In this document: positions 1 to 12,859 of the stretch, in pieces
Layout of the letters: the number at the start of each line of letters is the position of its first letter
Position numbering within the stretch: position 1 is the stretch's first letter
NCBI GenBank assembly: GCA_002269645.1
Contig: NIVC01002255.1
Location: forward strand, 62,001-126,000
DNA: 64,000 nucleotides
Reading direction: 5' to 3'
From: Macrostomum lignano
Taxonomy: Eukaryota
Notes under the pieces: generated by a model
The model's input: only the letters and a program-made list of their open reading frames with translations
Database searches by the model: none
Told to the model about the DNA's origin: nothing
Translations under genes and position numbers: made by a program

Positions 1-60
1 CAATTAGTGACTCGGGTCAGGAAGGCGCCACAATTAGTGACTCGGGTCAGGAAGGCGCCA
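1..60. repeat. Two exact copies of a 30-bp unit, probably the end of an intronic minisatellite
   Basis: caattagtgactcgggtcaggaaggcgcca x2 at the window edge. Confidence 0.8.
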
Positions 61-97
61 AAACTGACATGTAAATTATCAAAGTACACAGTCTCAC

Positions 98-1459
98 CAA
101 AGTGCTTATCCTGCTGATAAGTGCTATTGTACTCTTTGATGCACTGTTTGGTGCACTTGGGCGTCGGTGAATCCCCGGTGCAGGGCTGGTACTCTCCGGT
201 GGTGTGGTGCTCGCAGTGCGGCAGCGAATAGGGCTGGCAGCCGTCCTTGGTGCCGTACTGGCCGCCCGTGACCAGGCCTTTGCTCTTCCAGTAGTGCCAG
301 GCGCCCTCGGGGAAGCCGCCGTTGCAGCCCATGCCGCAGGAGAAGCCGCAGCAGCTCAGCAGGTCCTCGGCGCTCAGGTACGGCTTCGACTGCAGCGATT
401 TTAGCGAGGAAATATTGTTTGTTACCAGGTTTACATGTATCTAATTTAATACCTTGATCCCTGAGTCTACAGGAATTCCCTATCTCAATGGGGATCCCCA
501 AAGCTACAGGAATTCCCTATCTCAATGGGGATCCCCAAAGCTACAGGAATTCCCTATCTCGATGGGGATCCCCAAAGCTACAGGAATTCCCTATCTCAAT
601 GGGGATCCCCAAAGCTACAGGAATTCCCTATCTCAATGGGATCTTCAAAGCTACAGGAATTCCCTATCTCAATGGGGATCCCCAAAGCTACAGGAATTCC
701 CTATCTCAATGGGATCTTCAAAGCTACAGGAATTCCCTATCTCAATGGGATCTTCAAAGCTACAGGAATTCCCTATCTCAATGGGGATCCCCAAAGCTAC
801 AGGAATTCCCTATCTCAATGGGATCTTCAAAGCTACAGGAATTCCCTATCTCATGGGGATCCCCAAAGCTACAGGAATTCCCAACCTCAATGGGGATCCC
901 CAGGCCAAAGCTACAGGAATTTCTTATCTCAATGGGAATTCCCAAAACTACAGGACCATCTAAAAGTTTGGAACTGTATACTACTGCACCACTGACCAAT
1001 CTACAATAAAAGGTTGCCAGCAAATGAAAAGTTATTTTAATTATAACTAAGCACCTTTCCACCGCTGTGGATGCAGTGCCGATCAGACATGGCTTCAACA
1101 GCGCCAAATGCCCAACAGGATCCGCAGTTGCTCTGGTCGCGTATTTCGCCAATAGTTGGACAATTCGGCCATTGTTTGCGCGAATCGAATTCCTCTGGCA
1201 AATCTTTGAGAGCGGACTCGGGGTAGCTTAACTCCGGCAGGCTGCTCGGATTGGGATTCGGCAGGACTCCCAGTAGGACTCGGACATCGGCTAGGGTTTT
1301 GAATCGATTGTACCTTGTAGCCGTCCAGGTGCTTTGCTTCTGGCTGTTCACATAGTCAATTAGCGAGTCAGTGAGAGGCCGGTGCATCGGCTTGTAGATT
1401 AGCGGAGTGCCAGCAGCGAAGGCAACAAGGAGTAGCAATAATAGCAATTTCTCAGCCAT
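98..1459 (-). CDS. CTSB: Cathepsin B, first two coding exons (1459-1055, 389-98); the gene continues off the left edge of the window
   Basis: Signal peptide, propeptide, [43 protein letters not shown] with the catalytic Q/C. Exon 2 translated by hand: [31 protein letters not shown]...[15 protein letters not shown] (occluding-loop HH of cathepsin B). GT/AG sites at 1054, 390 and 97 keep the frame. Confidence 0.95.
460..960. repeat. 36-37-bp minisatellite in cathepsin B intron 1
   Basis: Unit ggggatccccaaagctacaggaattccctatctcaat, about 13 copies with variants. Confidence 0.95.
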
Positions 1460-2662
1460 TTCTGTCTCAGTGCTAATAAGATTGATGGCTGAAAAGCTGA
1501 AGCCAAGTAAACTAAACCTGAATCCGCCAGGATAGATAGAACTGCTTTAAAATATATAAATACGTACAGCGTTTGGGCCGTACTAGTGTAACGCGGGGTC
1601 AGCTGATGCGGGGTTAGAGGGTGTGCGGAGCTAGAAAGTCTACCCCTCTGTCCCTTTGAGCCCGAGTGTACATTAGATGTACATTCACCCTATATAATCG
1701 CTCTCTGCTCGGCCTGGGGGAAGATAAGGGGTCGGCCGGTTCAACGCGCTTGTTGTACATTAAATCTCGTCTCATTTCTCTCTTCATTCCTGGTGTGATA
1801 TTCACATTAAATCTAGCTCGCTGTTTGCTTTGTTGTGACAACGCTGTAAGAGGCTTTTTATTGAGAGGCAATAGCTACACTCTAGTAAGCTGTACTGTTT
1901 ACTGTACTGGCCTACTGGCTACTATTGAAATAGGAATTTCTAGGAAAAAATTACCCAAAGCCAAGGAGGGTTCTTGCATACTGATTATTTCTGATGCAAT
2001 GTTTAATAAAAGAATATAAATACATTTAAAACACCTGCAAACGCAAAGGCACACTGCGCTACCCTGCGCAGTTGAATTTTATGAACGCCATTAAACTGAA
2101 GCTGTATGCCCAATGTGTGTTATTGGTAGCTATTGCTTTTGCGATTGCTTGCCAAGCTTAAAGCATGAAACCCCACACCAAGGCCCTAAAATATCTGATC
2201 TTAAATGAGCATGTGCTTAAGTTTACTATAAATAATTACATGTATGTCAGCCGGAACCAATTAGAAAGCCAGCGATTAGCCTACGAAGTAAAAACACGTC
2301 ATGATAATTCAACTTTTTTCTTGTGCATGTTTTTGTTATTATAATTATATCTGCTCTTCAGTCCCGACATTCCATACCTAAATTTTTTGTTTTAGACTAA
2401 TTGTGGTTAAATATTCGAAGAAAAAACTGCGATCAATACCATTCGAAAATTTTAAGGAATTGAAGCCGAAACAGAAAATTTTTTTCATAAGTTAAAGGAA
2501 TTCAATGCATTGCTTTGCAGATTGTAAAAGTTAGTAAAAAAGCAAAAAATGTTGCTTGCTAAAATTGAAATGCTATAAAGACCGATCTTTTAAGAGACTC
2601 TTAAGAAAGAAGTTTCATCTCAAATAAATTACCAATATTTGACTCGATTTTAAATTAAAAGA

Positions 2663-4761
2663 ATGCTGCCCAAAGCCTGTCTGCTGTTTGCTCTGCTGGC
2701 TGCTGTTGCTGAAGTACCGCTGATAGCGGGCAGTAGAAGTGAGTATCTATGCTAGCTTATCTATGCTAGCTGCTGTGATAGCTTCTATGTGATTGAGTAA
2801 ACTGACCGTTTTGTAGTTAATTAGTACAGATTGTACTAATTATAGACAGGCACTAGACAGGCACTATACACTAGCTAAGGCAGACACTATACACTAGCTA
2901 AGGCAGACACTATACACTAGCTAAGGCAGACACTATACACTAGCTAAGACAGACACTATACACTAGCTAAGACAGACACTATACACTAGCTAAGACAGAC
3001 ACTATACACTAGCTAAGACAGACACTATACACTAGCTAAGACAGACACTAACACTAGCTAAGACAGACACTATACACTAGCTAAGGCAGACACTATACAC
3101 TAGCTAAGGCAGACACTATACACTAGCTAAGACAGACACTATACACTAGCTAAGGCAGACACTATACACTAGCTAAGGCAGACACTATACACTAGCTAAG
3201 ACAGACACTATACACTAACTAAAGCAGGCACTATACACTAGCTAAGACAGGCAGACAGGCAAGCAGACAAGGACACAGAAGCAATAAAGCCTGTATTATA
3301 TTCTGAGCGATTGTATACTCTACACTTCAGCATTTGAGGAAGCTTACGAGGGCTGCTTCGAACCATGGTACGGCGATGGCGTGCTAAAATTTCGCAAAAG
3401 AAAAATCGACCGTTTCATGTCGCCAAAAAAATGCTACTATTTCTGCGAGTCCTTTAAAGTCTACTCGTACTTCGGCCTAAAGAACGGCTTGGATTGCTAT
3501 TGCGGCCACAGGATGCACTCGTACGCGAGGGCCTCATCAGATAAATGCCAACTCCCTTGCTCGGGTTATCCGAAAGAACTTTGCGGCGGTGAAGCATCGA
3601 TGGACGTGTACCAACTGGATAGGATAAGAAGCTACCTATATGGTAAATTTTTACTGTAAAGTAAATATTTTTTCTTAATACTAGCTTAATTAATGCATGT
3701 ATCTGCAGATTGAGGCAGGACTTCCGGATCTTGGGGTGGTCATCGGTTTTTTTGCTAGGGTGCCGCGTCTTCGGGAGCGTCATCTTGGGGACGTCATCGT
3801 GGGGCGTCATCGTGGGACGTCATCGTGGGACGTCATCGTGGGACGTCATCGTGGGACGTCAACGTGGGGACGTCATCGTAGGACGTCATCATGAGACGTC
3901 ATCGTGGGACGTCATCGTGGGACGTCATCGTGGGACGTCATCGTGGGACGTCATCGTGGGACGTCATCATGGGACGTCATCGTGGGACGTCATCGTAGGA
4001 CGTCATCATGGGACGTCAAAGTGGGGACGTCATCGTGGGACGTCATCGTTGGGCTCTAAAACTAGGGGCGCCAAAGCTATTCTAGGGGGGGTTGCCAATA
4101 TTTTGTTTGAGTGGTGCCAATGATAATGCAAAATGCTACCCGTTTACTTTGCCAACCAATTAGCCATTCCATTGGCAAGGCCGTTGATAAAGTTTTAAGT
4201 CCACCTCACTTGAGCTGATGTTTAATCAACACCAATTAATGTTTCCAAGGTGCTAACAGAAATTGACTCCCAACCCTTACCCAAACCCAATTGCCATAAC
4301 CCCATTAACAAAACCAAATCAGTCAAATTAATTGTGGTACACAAGTCACACCGGATGAAATCTTCATTTCAAGTATTTTTGCATCCTATATTTTAGACTC
4401 TAACGAGAAGTCCAGTCTTGAATTCGCCACCACAACTCCCAAGCCCACTCTGCGGCCGCCCAACCCGAATCAGCTGGAGAACTCTCGTCATGTGGGCTGC
4501 TTTAAGCAAAACTTTTGGGAGTATGCGCTAAGTACAAATTTCGGGTTCTACTACAACCTCACTCCGCTGGTTTGCTACAACCTGTGCTACAAGAGAAGAT
4601 TCGGATTCTTCGGCGTATCGAGCGGTAACAAATGCTTCTGCGATGTGCGCCTTTATCGGACGCAAATGTCGCGCAGCTGCAACGTGCCCTGCTATGGAAA
4701 CGCGAATATTCATTGCGGCGGCTACAACGAAGTTGACGTCTACGCAATCGAGAAAATCTAA
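2663..4761 (+). CDS. Secreted double-WSC-domain protein A (exons 2663-2738, 3331-3642, 4397-4761)
   Basis: Signal exon MLPKACLLFALLAAVAEVPLIAGSR. Two phase-1 exons each carry the WSC pattern (YEGCF...C...C...FGLKNGLDCYCG...C..PC.G...CGG...MDVY; HVGCF...CGGYNEVDVY). Canonical splice sites. Confidence 0.88.
2847..3250. repeat. 23-bp minisatellite in WSC-A intron 1
   Basis: Unit cagacactatacactagctaagg. Confidence 0.95.
3775..4050. repeat. 13-bp minisatellite in WSC-A intron 2
   Basis: Unit catcgtgggacgt. Confidence 0.93.
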
Positions 4762-5169
4762 ATCTATAATCTACATAAACCAAACTGATATAAACTTACA
4801 ATCAATAATTGCAGTGAGCCGCGTGTGAAATTGGCAATAAGAACCAAATAATATAAAAGTGAATTAATTAGGAAACGTTTATTTATGCGACTTGATTGAC
4901 AATAGTGGCAGGAGGGCTGTAGGCACCCTAACGGCGTCCTTAGCTGCAAACAGCGCTGCCCATTCCGCCGACTGGATGAAATTGCAGCGGCCGGTTTGGC
5001 TTATTCCTACGTATTTTTCTATTCAAAACGCTTTGAGAACAGAGATTGATAAACAATAAGATTCTTTGTTTTTCCCCAATCGAGATAGGAAAGGCTTGCA
5101 TTAAAACAAATATCACGTTTCCAGTTTTGTTTTAACTATCAGCTGACAAACTAAAATTTGACAAAGCTG

Positions 5170-5290
5170 ACAAACCCTGTGTGAGCGTGTGCGCCTGCTC
5201 AGGGAAGTCTGCAGAATGGGCAGTAAAGCCTCTCTCCGGTTGTGTGACAATGGCGTCTCTTAATGGCCAAAAACAGGTCCACCAGGTCCA
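5170..5290 (+). mobile_element. Partial copy of a dispersed SINE-like family
   Basis: ccctgtgtgagcgtgtg...cctgctcaggg..gtc.gc.gaatgggcagtaa.gcctctc.cc.gttgtgtgacaat is shared with 18940-19070; related pieces at about 32890-33110, 54090-54230 and (minus) 4900-4990. Confidence 0.7.
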
Positions 5291-5408
5291 CTTCATGTCG
5301 CAATGTATTTTTAGCAGTGGGAGCAAATTTATAGTCTATGGCTAATAATGAAGCTGGAGTTTAGGTGATGTGATTCGTCCACTCATTAACTGCACATGCC
5401 CAACTTGA

Positions 5409-6167
5409 TTGTCTATGGCCAACACGTCTTGGTTTTTCTCTAAGGGGTGAGAAATTGATTGCTTTTTTTGAAATGCATTTTTGGATACTGGGTGGGTAGC
5501 ATTGATGAAGGAATAGAAAGGATTGCTCAACTGAAAACGAGTCTATGACCAAAACCTACTAAAAATTGGGATATCCCCCCCCCTCATGAATTTCATTGGC
5601 TGCTGGAATTTAATAATAGAACGCGAAATACTGTGCTGTGCGACAAGTATTTGTCTCCAGACTCAAACTCGTTGTTTTCTCAAGGGTCTTTCGCAATGGA
5701 AAAAGAAAAAAACAATACCCATTGTAAAAAATTACTATGCAATACCCAGCTTCGCCGCAGCTTCCAGCTTCAATCCCACCCCAAGTTCCGCCCAACAAGT
5801 TGTCTTGTTTCTTAACTTTTGCAACAATTTGTTATTTGTTTCAATCACTGCCTCCTTTCTTTCAAACTAACTGCTGGTCTATCAAGACTCAAGAGGCAAA
5901 ATTTGTTTACCAGGCAAAAGAGGGAAAATGTAATGTCAGGCCATGTTACTTGTATGTCTTTAAAATAATTAATTCTTTTCCTGTACAAGCTTCAGCCAGT
6001 AAGAACTTAGGGGGGGGACTTATTATTAAATTGCAGCAGCCAATGAAGTTCATGAGGGGGGGAATATCCCAATTTTTAGTAGGTTTTGGTCATAGACTCG
6101 TTTTCAGATGAGCAATCCTTTCTATTCCTTCATCCATGCTACCCACCCATTCTGGGCCATAGACAAT
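5409..6167. mobile_element. Foldback/MITE element with about 130-bp inverted arms
   Basis: 5490-5618 is the near-perfect reverse complement of 6021-6149; outer ttgtctatggcc (5409) pairs with ggccatagacaa (6156-6167). Confidence 0.8.
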
Positions 6168-6677
6168 GAAAAGCAAGTCTTGAATAGCTTGATTCTTCCG
6201 CTAAGAAAAGAGAAATTGGGCCAATCTGACTTTTTAAATGCTATATTATACAGAATCACTATAGTAGTTGAACCTTTTTCCTACAAAAAAGCAAGGAATT
6301 CGACAGCGTAGTCGTAGAAGCAACTGCTGCAGTATCGATTTGTGCTGTGAGGCGCATAATCGCTATTGAAAACAACTCAATAAAGTAAGTTGATCTCGTC
6401 ATGTATAAATGAGTCAGTCAATACTTTCCTGTGCAACCGCTGCTCCAACTTGGTACCATAACGTGACTGCCTGCTATTGGGCATAAGCCACCTTGTCTTC
6501 TACTCTCCACTCAGAGCAGCAAAAGAAATTGTTGCTAGCAATAATTTTATGCTTGCTTCTGCACTGGCAGCACTGGTACTTGCTTTGGTCTTTTCCTGCA
6601 TTGAAAACTGTTCTGCCTGTTTCAGCCATTAAACAGACGGATATATTATAAGTGGTGAGTTTTTCCCGCACTATATG

Positions 6678-7072
<395 letters not shown>

Positions 7073-7143
7073 TTCTTTCCATCTGCTGTATCGTGAGTAG
7101 TAATTCTCATTTCAGACCGGCATCACTAGGGCGATTAAAAAAC

Positions 7144-8353
7144 ATGTCTTCATCAATCAGGTCGGAGCTCGTTCTCTCAATTGTCTTTGTCTGCTTGACG
7201 GTTCAAATTTCCATCGCAGCATCGGCCAGTGAGCAGCCTAAAAAGGATATGTGTGAGTCCTCCCTGTGTTTTAAAATGTTTTCAACTTTACAATAAATTT
7301 CCCCGATCCTAATTGGGTACCTGTAACGATGATGAACCCCGACAGTCGACGAGCTGACATTCAGCGGTTGCTATACCGACACGGCGCAACGACCAACTAT
7401 CGAGGGCCGCAAAGAGATCAACGCAAAGGGCATGTCTCGAACCAAGTGCTTAAACGCCTGCGCTAAACGTGGCTACAAACTGTTTGGCCTGAAGTCTGGC
7501 TCGGAGTGCTACTGCGGCAACAATCTGATGCACTCCAGCCTGGCTGACGCCGGCAAGTGCTCTCTGCCCTGTCCAGGCGACAAGTCCCAGCAGTGCGGCG
7601 GGAAGTCGGAAATGTCCATCTACAAAATCAATGATGTCACCTTTTTTGACAAGCTGACCACTGAAGGTTGGTTACTAAAGCGCGCGAGTAGACGGGACTA
7701 TTTAGGCTGAAATTCTTGAAGGGCAGTCTGCGTACGGCTGTTCAGTCCAAGGACTGGGGGGTTCCAGTGGGATCGAGAATCGAACCACCGACCTTTCAAT
7801 CGTGAAGTCCAACGCTCTAACTACTATAGGCTACAACCCCCTAATCATCAGGCATGTACACTCTCTGGAGGGTTGACCCTCGTGGGGTTTAGTTCTGTAT
7901 ATGGACGATAAAAGTTGGGAGTGTGTCTATACGTATGCTATCCACAAGCCTGCATGGTCCGTGTCAGTGAAATTGGAACTCGTACTGCAATCTTCAGTCA
8001 CCGCTGCGGCATTCTACGGCTGTTACAAAGACGACGACAACAAACAGTCTGTCCTACTAGACGTTATCGAGAAGAAGGACAACGCTCTGTCTAGCGAGAT
8101 CTGTCGCAGATTCTGCTCTCAGAAGCAGATGAAATTCTACGGCATGAAGGCTGGCAATCTCTGCTACTGCGGCAGCGCCCTACGCAAGCAGGCCGCTACC
8201 GAGGATGGCATGTGCGGCCTCCTGTGCCTGGGCAACCGAGCCGAGACATGCGGCGGCAAGAAGCACACGGAAATCTATCAGATCCTGCGCATTGGCAACT
8301 TTCAATTGCCCAAACCGCCGCACTTGACCGATGGTGAGTTTATCAAGTGTTGA
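7144..8353 (+). CDS. Secreted double-WSC-domain protein B (exons 7144-7252, 7346-7666, 7998-8333/8353); 3' end uncertain
   Basis: Signal exon MSSSIRSELVLSIVFVCLTVQISIAASA. WSC1: FSGCY...CLNAC...FGLKSGSECYCG...CSLPCPG...CGG. WSC2: FYGCY...CGGKKHTEIY. Phase-1 introns. Ends either by read-through to TGA at 8351-8353 or by splicing at the GTGAGT donor at 8334. Confidence 0.85.
7766..7834 (-). mobile_element. tRNA-derived fragment (SINE head or tRNA pseudogene) in WSC-B intron 2
   Basis: Minus strand GTAGCCTATAGTAGTTAGAGCGTTGGACTTCACGATTGAAAGGTCGGTGGTTCGATTC has A-box/B-box-like motifs, but the anticodon and acceptor stems pair poorly. Confidence 0.6.
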
Positions 8354-8360
8354 TACCAAC

Positions 8361-9640
8361 GACTACTCAAGTAGAAGGATGGGAATTTACATTTCTTAGA
8401 AAATGTTTATGGGGCTGTTTTTTTGCCAAAGAATACACTACGAAGATAGGAAGTTTTTAATTTTTCAGCACAAAAATTAGTATTACTTTCGATAGGAGGC
8501 AGATCCAGTGTTCATCTTTTGATATGTTGTGCCTTTCTTATGGTTCTATTGATATTTATAAAGCTTTTTGTTCAAAGAATTAGGACTCTACGTCAAATTT
8601 CTATTCTACGTACAATTGCATGTCATGTACCTAAAACCATTAAAATGGCACAGCTCGGCTCATGGGTTTTAGAAATCTAATCTAGTTCGTATCATTCTTA
8701 GCTGACTGTGTAACAAAATGTCTAACAGACATGATAAAATAGATTCATGAATCCAAAGAGTCAAGATGTACCATGCAGTATTATGATTTTTAGGCACAGG
8801 AAATGTACGTAGAATAAAAAATTGACATGGAAATCTAATTTTCTAAAAGGAAAAGATTTATGAATATCAATATATCAAGAGCTATAGGAAAGGCAAAAAA
8901 TATCAAAAGATGAACATGGGGTCTGCCTCCAATCGAAAGCAATAACAATTTTAATTAGGAAAAAGCAGTGTTGGGCGCGATACTTTAAAAAAGTATCGTT
9001 TTAAAGCGATACTCCGATACCGATACCCTAAAAGGTATCGGCGATATTTGTTGGTCCGATACCAAAATTTGAGTATCGCGCGATACTTTATTCCGATACT
9101 TGGTCCGATACCCGATACATCATTTTTTCGTGTTTTCTCACTTTTCTGCATCTATCAAGCCAAAATTGAAGAAAAAGCGCTCTTAGCTACTTAATTTTTA
9201 GACACTAAAGACTCTAGTGAGACGTGGCTGACCAAAGAAGAAGATTAAATGGGCAAAATATTGTTATAAATTTGCTATAAATGTTATAAATATGCTGATT
9301 GCCCCGGAGAAGTACCAGCCTCATCATGGGGGTCGAATGGGCCAGTCGAGCGCGCTTAGCACGGAGAACTTTCATTATATTTTTATATTAGAATTTGCAC
9401 CTACCTAGTACATTAAGATGAAAAGATTACATGATACAAAAATAAAAAACAATGCTCATGATATATAAAAAATCCAACTCATTAATTAGAAATTAGATGT
9501 TACTTGACTTTCACTAAATTAAATTTATGAACAATTTAGAAAATTTAGAAAAGATTTTCTCCGTAGTGTATTTTGGCGAAAACCAGCCTCATTACCTTTT
9601 CTAAGAAATGTAATTTCCCATACTTCCACTTGAGTATGTC
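8361..9640. mobile_element. Degenerate nested inverted-repeat element(s)
   Basis: About 90-bp outer arms (8361-8450 vs 9555-9640) and inner arms (about 8477-8640 vs 8780-8950), imperfect; a CAGTGTTGGGC hAT-like end near 8963. Confidence 0.65.
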
Positions 9641-9948
9641 TAAAAGTTATAAACCGATATAAATTTTTACAAGGGCCGTCCCAGAAGTAGTATTACTTTT
9701 GATTTATATATCTCGTTCTGATAATGCAAACATCATCATTTCTAACAGTATGCACAATTTTTGACACAGCAAAAGGAGAGAACAAGAAGCAATGAAGCTG
9801 AAGCCCAGTTGGGAAATGTTCTGCTGCTTCGAAAGTTTTTTTGTTTCTTCAAGTTTTTGCATAGTTGTCTCTTTCTCACTGCATCCTAGCAAAGAAGTCT
9901 GAGTGCATTTAATCAAAAGTACTTTCTCTACTTTCCACAAGCTTGTTG

Positions 9949-10265
9949 GAGTCACCATCAAATAACCCGAAAAATCACAACTCCGAAAACCAAAATAGCA
10001 TTGCCCATCATAAACCCGAAATATCACAAAGCCGAAATATCATAAATCCGAAAACTAAAATAGTGTTGGACATTGCTAGAACTTTCGGAGTTATGATATT
10101 TCGGGTTTATCATGGGCAATGCTATTTTTGTTTTCGGAGTTATGATATTTCGGGTTTGTGATTTCCGGGTTTATGATGGGCGTTGCTATTTTGTTTTTCG
10201 GAGTTGTGATTTTTCGGGTCTATGATATTTCGGGTTTGTGATATTTCGGGTTTATGATGGAAAGC
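9949..10265. mobile_element. MITE/foldback with subterminal cccgaaa.atcac repeats and an 8-bp TSD
   Basis: Left half is the inverted counterpart of the right half; gcttgttg at both 9941-9948 and 10266-10273. Confidence 0.7.
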
Positions 10266-10557
10266 GCTTGTTGACTTACTGCAAGTCTATCGTCGAGTTC
10301 CTGCTAAGTTTTTGTTCAAAACTTTTGTTTCCCTTGTTCAAAATGTCTATGGTCATTTACGTTAGGGCAATGACATTCAAGCAATGACCAGTCATTGTTT
10401 GAAATTGACAATAAAACAATTTACTGGGATATCATTTTTGAAAACAAACGAGTCTATGAGCGTAAAATAAAATAGTCTATGGTTGTAAGTGGGGTCTTCA
10501 CCCCCACACCCCATTCCCTCTTCCCACTCGGATCCTGATGGAAAAATTGACCAATGA

Positions 10558-11151
10558 AGTTAGCTGGAAGTGAGAATTCATTGTAATGGCCATAGACATG
10601 AGCGGCTATCGCCGCTATCGCCGCTATCGCCGAATTCATGGTAATGGCCATAGACATGAGCGGCTATCGCCGCTATCGCCGAATTCATGGTAATGGCCAT
10701 AGACATGAGCGGCTATCGCCGCTATCACCGAATTCATGGTAATGGCCATAGACATGAGCGGCTATCGCCGCTATCGCCGAATTCATGGTAATGGCCATAG
10801 ACACGAGCGGCTATCGTCGCTATCGCCGAATTCATGGTAATGGCCATAGACACGAGCGGCTATCGCTATCGCCGAATTCATGGTAATGGCCATAAACATA
10901 AGCGGCTATCGCTATCGCCGAATTCATGGTAATGGCCATAAACATAAGCGGCTATCGCTATCGCCGAATTCATGGTAATGGTCATAGACACGAGCGGCCA
11001 TCGCTATCACCGAATTCATGGTAATGGCCATAGACACGAGCGGCTATCGCTATCGCCGAATTCATGGTAATGGCCATAGACGCGAGCGGCTATCGTCGCT
11101 ATCACCGATCGTGTCTATGGCCATTACCATGAATTCTCACTTCCAGCTAAC
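10558..11151. mobile_element. TIR-bounded element filled with a tandem array (about 48-54 bp) of its own inner TIR sequence
   Basis: gttagctggaagtgagaattcattgtaatggccatagac (10558) matches the reverse complement of 11112-11151 with 1 mismatch; internal unit catagacatgagcggctatcgccgctatcgccgaattcatggtaatggc, about 10 copies. Confidence 0.8.
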
Positions 11152-11814
11152 CCCCCATTGTCGGTTTTAAAAGATTTTTTAAATTTCATATGAAGAAGAG
11201 AGTTGCTGCTATAAGTATGTGCAAAATAATGTTATTTGGATCATCAGAACGAGAATTACAATCAAAAGTACTCGTAACATCACTTTTGGGACAGCACTCG
11301 TATATTACGAGTATTTTATCAAAGTCAGTGAACTTTTGAAACCATTAAAAAACAACTTACTGGATGCAAATGCTCTAGTACTGCACTGTCATGGTTACTT
11401 ATTGGTTATTTGATTATTTTGATTATTAGTATACTGTGAGTTTTATATCAATACTAGCTACACTCGTAATTATAGACGTCCAACAAACAATCATCCATCT
11501 ATACTTTCAATTTGCAGAACTGTAATCAGAGGAAGAAGCGCTTGATCGTTAATAATTGTTTTTTGTTATCAATTTTTTCGCCGACTGGCCATTTAAAGAT
11601 GGCCATTGGAGATGAACCATTTGAAACAAAAAAGTATAACTACTGGCTAACTCTTCGATCAAAATATATGCATTCTGAGATCATTCTTTAACGAAAAATC
11701 TGATTGTTCTTAACAAAAAATGATTTTTTTATGCTGCTTCTTCTGATGACACAGCGCCGATGATGTGGCCTGCTGCCTGCGATTGCCGACCAATATGAAC
11801 CAGGACGGCACTGT

Positions 11815-12607
11815 GGTACAGTGATGCAACACAGTGATACAGTGATGCAACACAGTGATACAGTGATGCAACACAGTGATACATTAATGCAACACAGTGA
11901 TACATTAATGCAAAACAGTGATACAGTGATGCAACACAGTGATACAGTGATGCAACACAGTGATACAGTGATGCAACACAGTGATACAGTGATGCAACAC
12001 AGTGATACAATGATGCAACACAGTGATACATTAATGCAACACAGTGATACAGTGATGCAACACAGTGATACATTAATGCAACACAGTGATACAGTGATGC
12101 AACACAGTGATACAGTGATGCAACACGGTGATACAGTGATGCAACACAGTGATACAGTGATGCAACACAGTGATACAATGATGCAACACAGTGATACATT
12201 AATGCAACACAGTTTTACAGTGATGCAACACAGTGATACAATGATGCAACACAGTGATACATTAATGCAAAACAGTGATACAGTGATGCAACACAGTGAT
12301 ACATTAATGCAACACAGTTTTACAGTGATGCAACACAGTGATACAGTGATGCAACACGGTGATACAGTGATGCAACACAGTGATACAATGATGCAACACA
12401 GTGATACATTAATGCAAAACAGTGATACAGTGATGCAACACAGTGATACAGTGATGCAACACAGTGATACAGTGATGCAACACAGTGATACAGTGATGCA
12501 ACACAGTGATACAGTGATGCAACACAGTGATACAGTGATGCAACACAGTGATACAGTGATGCAACACAGTGATACAGTGATGCAACACAGTGATACAGTG
12601 ATGCAAC
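11815..12607. repeat. 21-bp minisatellite between the convergent WSC-B and WSC-C genes
   Basis: Unit gatacagtgatgcaacacagt. Confidence 0.96.
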
Positions 12608-12859
12608 AATTGGCTATTGAAACAACCTTGATAAAAACTTGTCTTAAGGCATTTTTCATAGCTTCGTATGTCACATAAGAATTAAGTAAAGAATACTGGC
12701 TTTTTGTAAGAGTTTTTCCGAACTCAGTGTTCAATTAGTTTGAAAGTTTATTTTAAACACCCCAAAGATGTCAGACTCTTCGTCATTAAATGTTAAAACT
12801 GTTTAACAGTTTGTCAAAACGGCCAATTAGAATCTGATATCACGAACCAGATCGATAAG

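Noticed and set aside
1587-1880. Solo LTR upstream of cathepsin B (TGTAAC start, TATA and ATTAAA motifs)
   Set aside because: I could not find a matching CA end with a TSD or a second copy
7766-7834. tRNA-Sec or opal suppressor (TCA at the anticodon position)
   Set aside because: Stems do not pair, there is no long variable arm, and the sequence looks like a decayed tRNA-Arg/Trp-like SINE head
10585-11110. CRISPR-like appearance of regular repeats (also 16881-17292 and 61595-61835)
   Set aside because: Eukaryotic context, no cas genes, and units are contiguous or irregular rather than repeat plus constant-length unique spacer
11688-12734. MQHSDTV / CCITVSL repeat proteins
   Set aside because: 21-bp satellite open in several frames on both strands; no signal peptide or splice support
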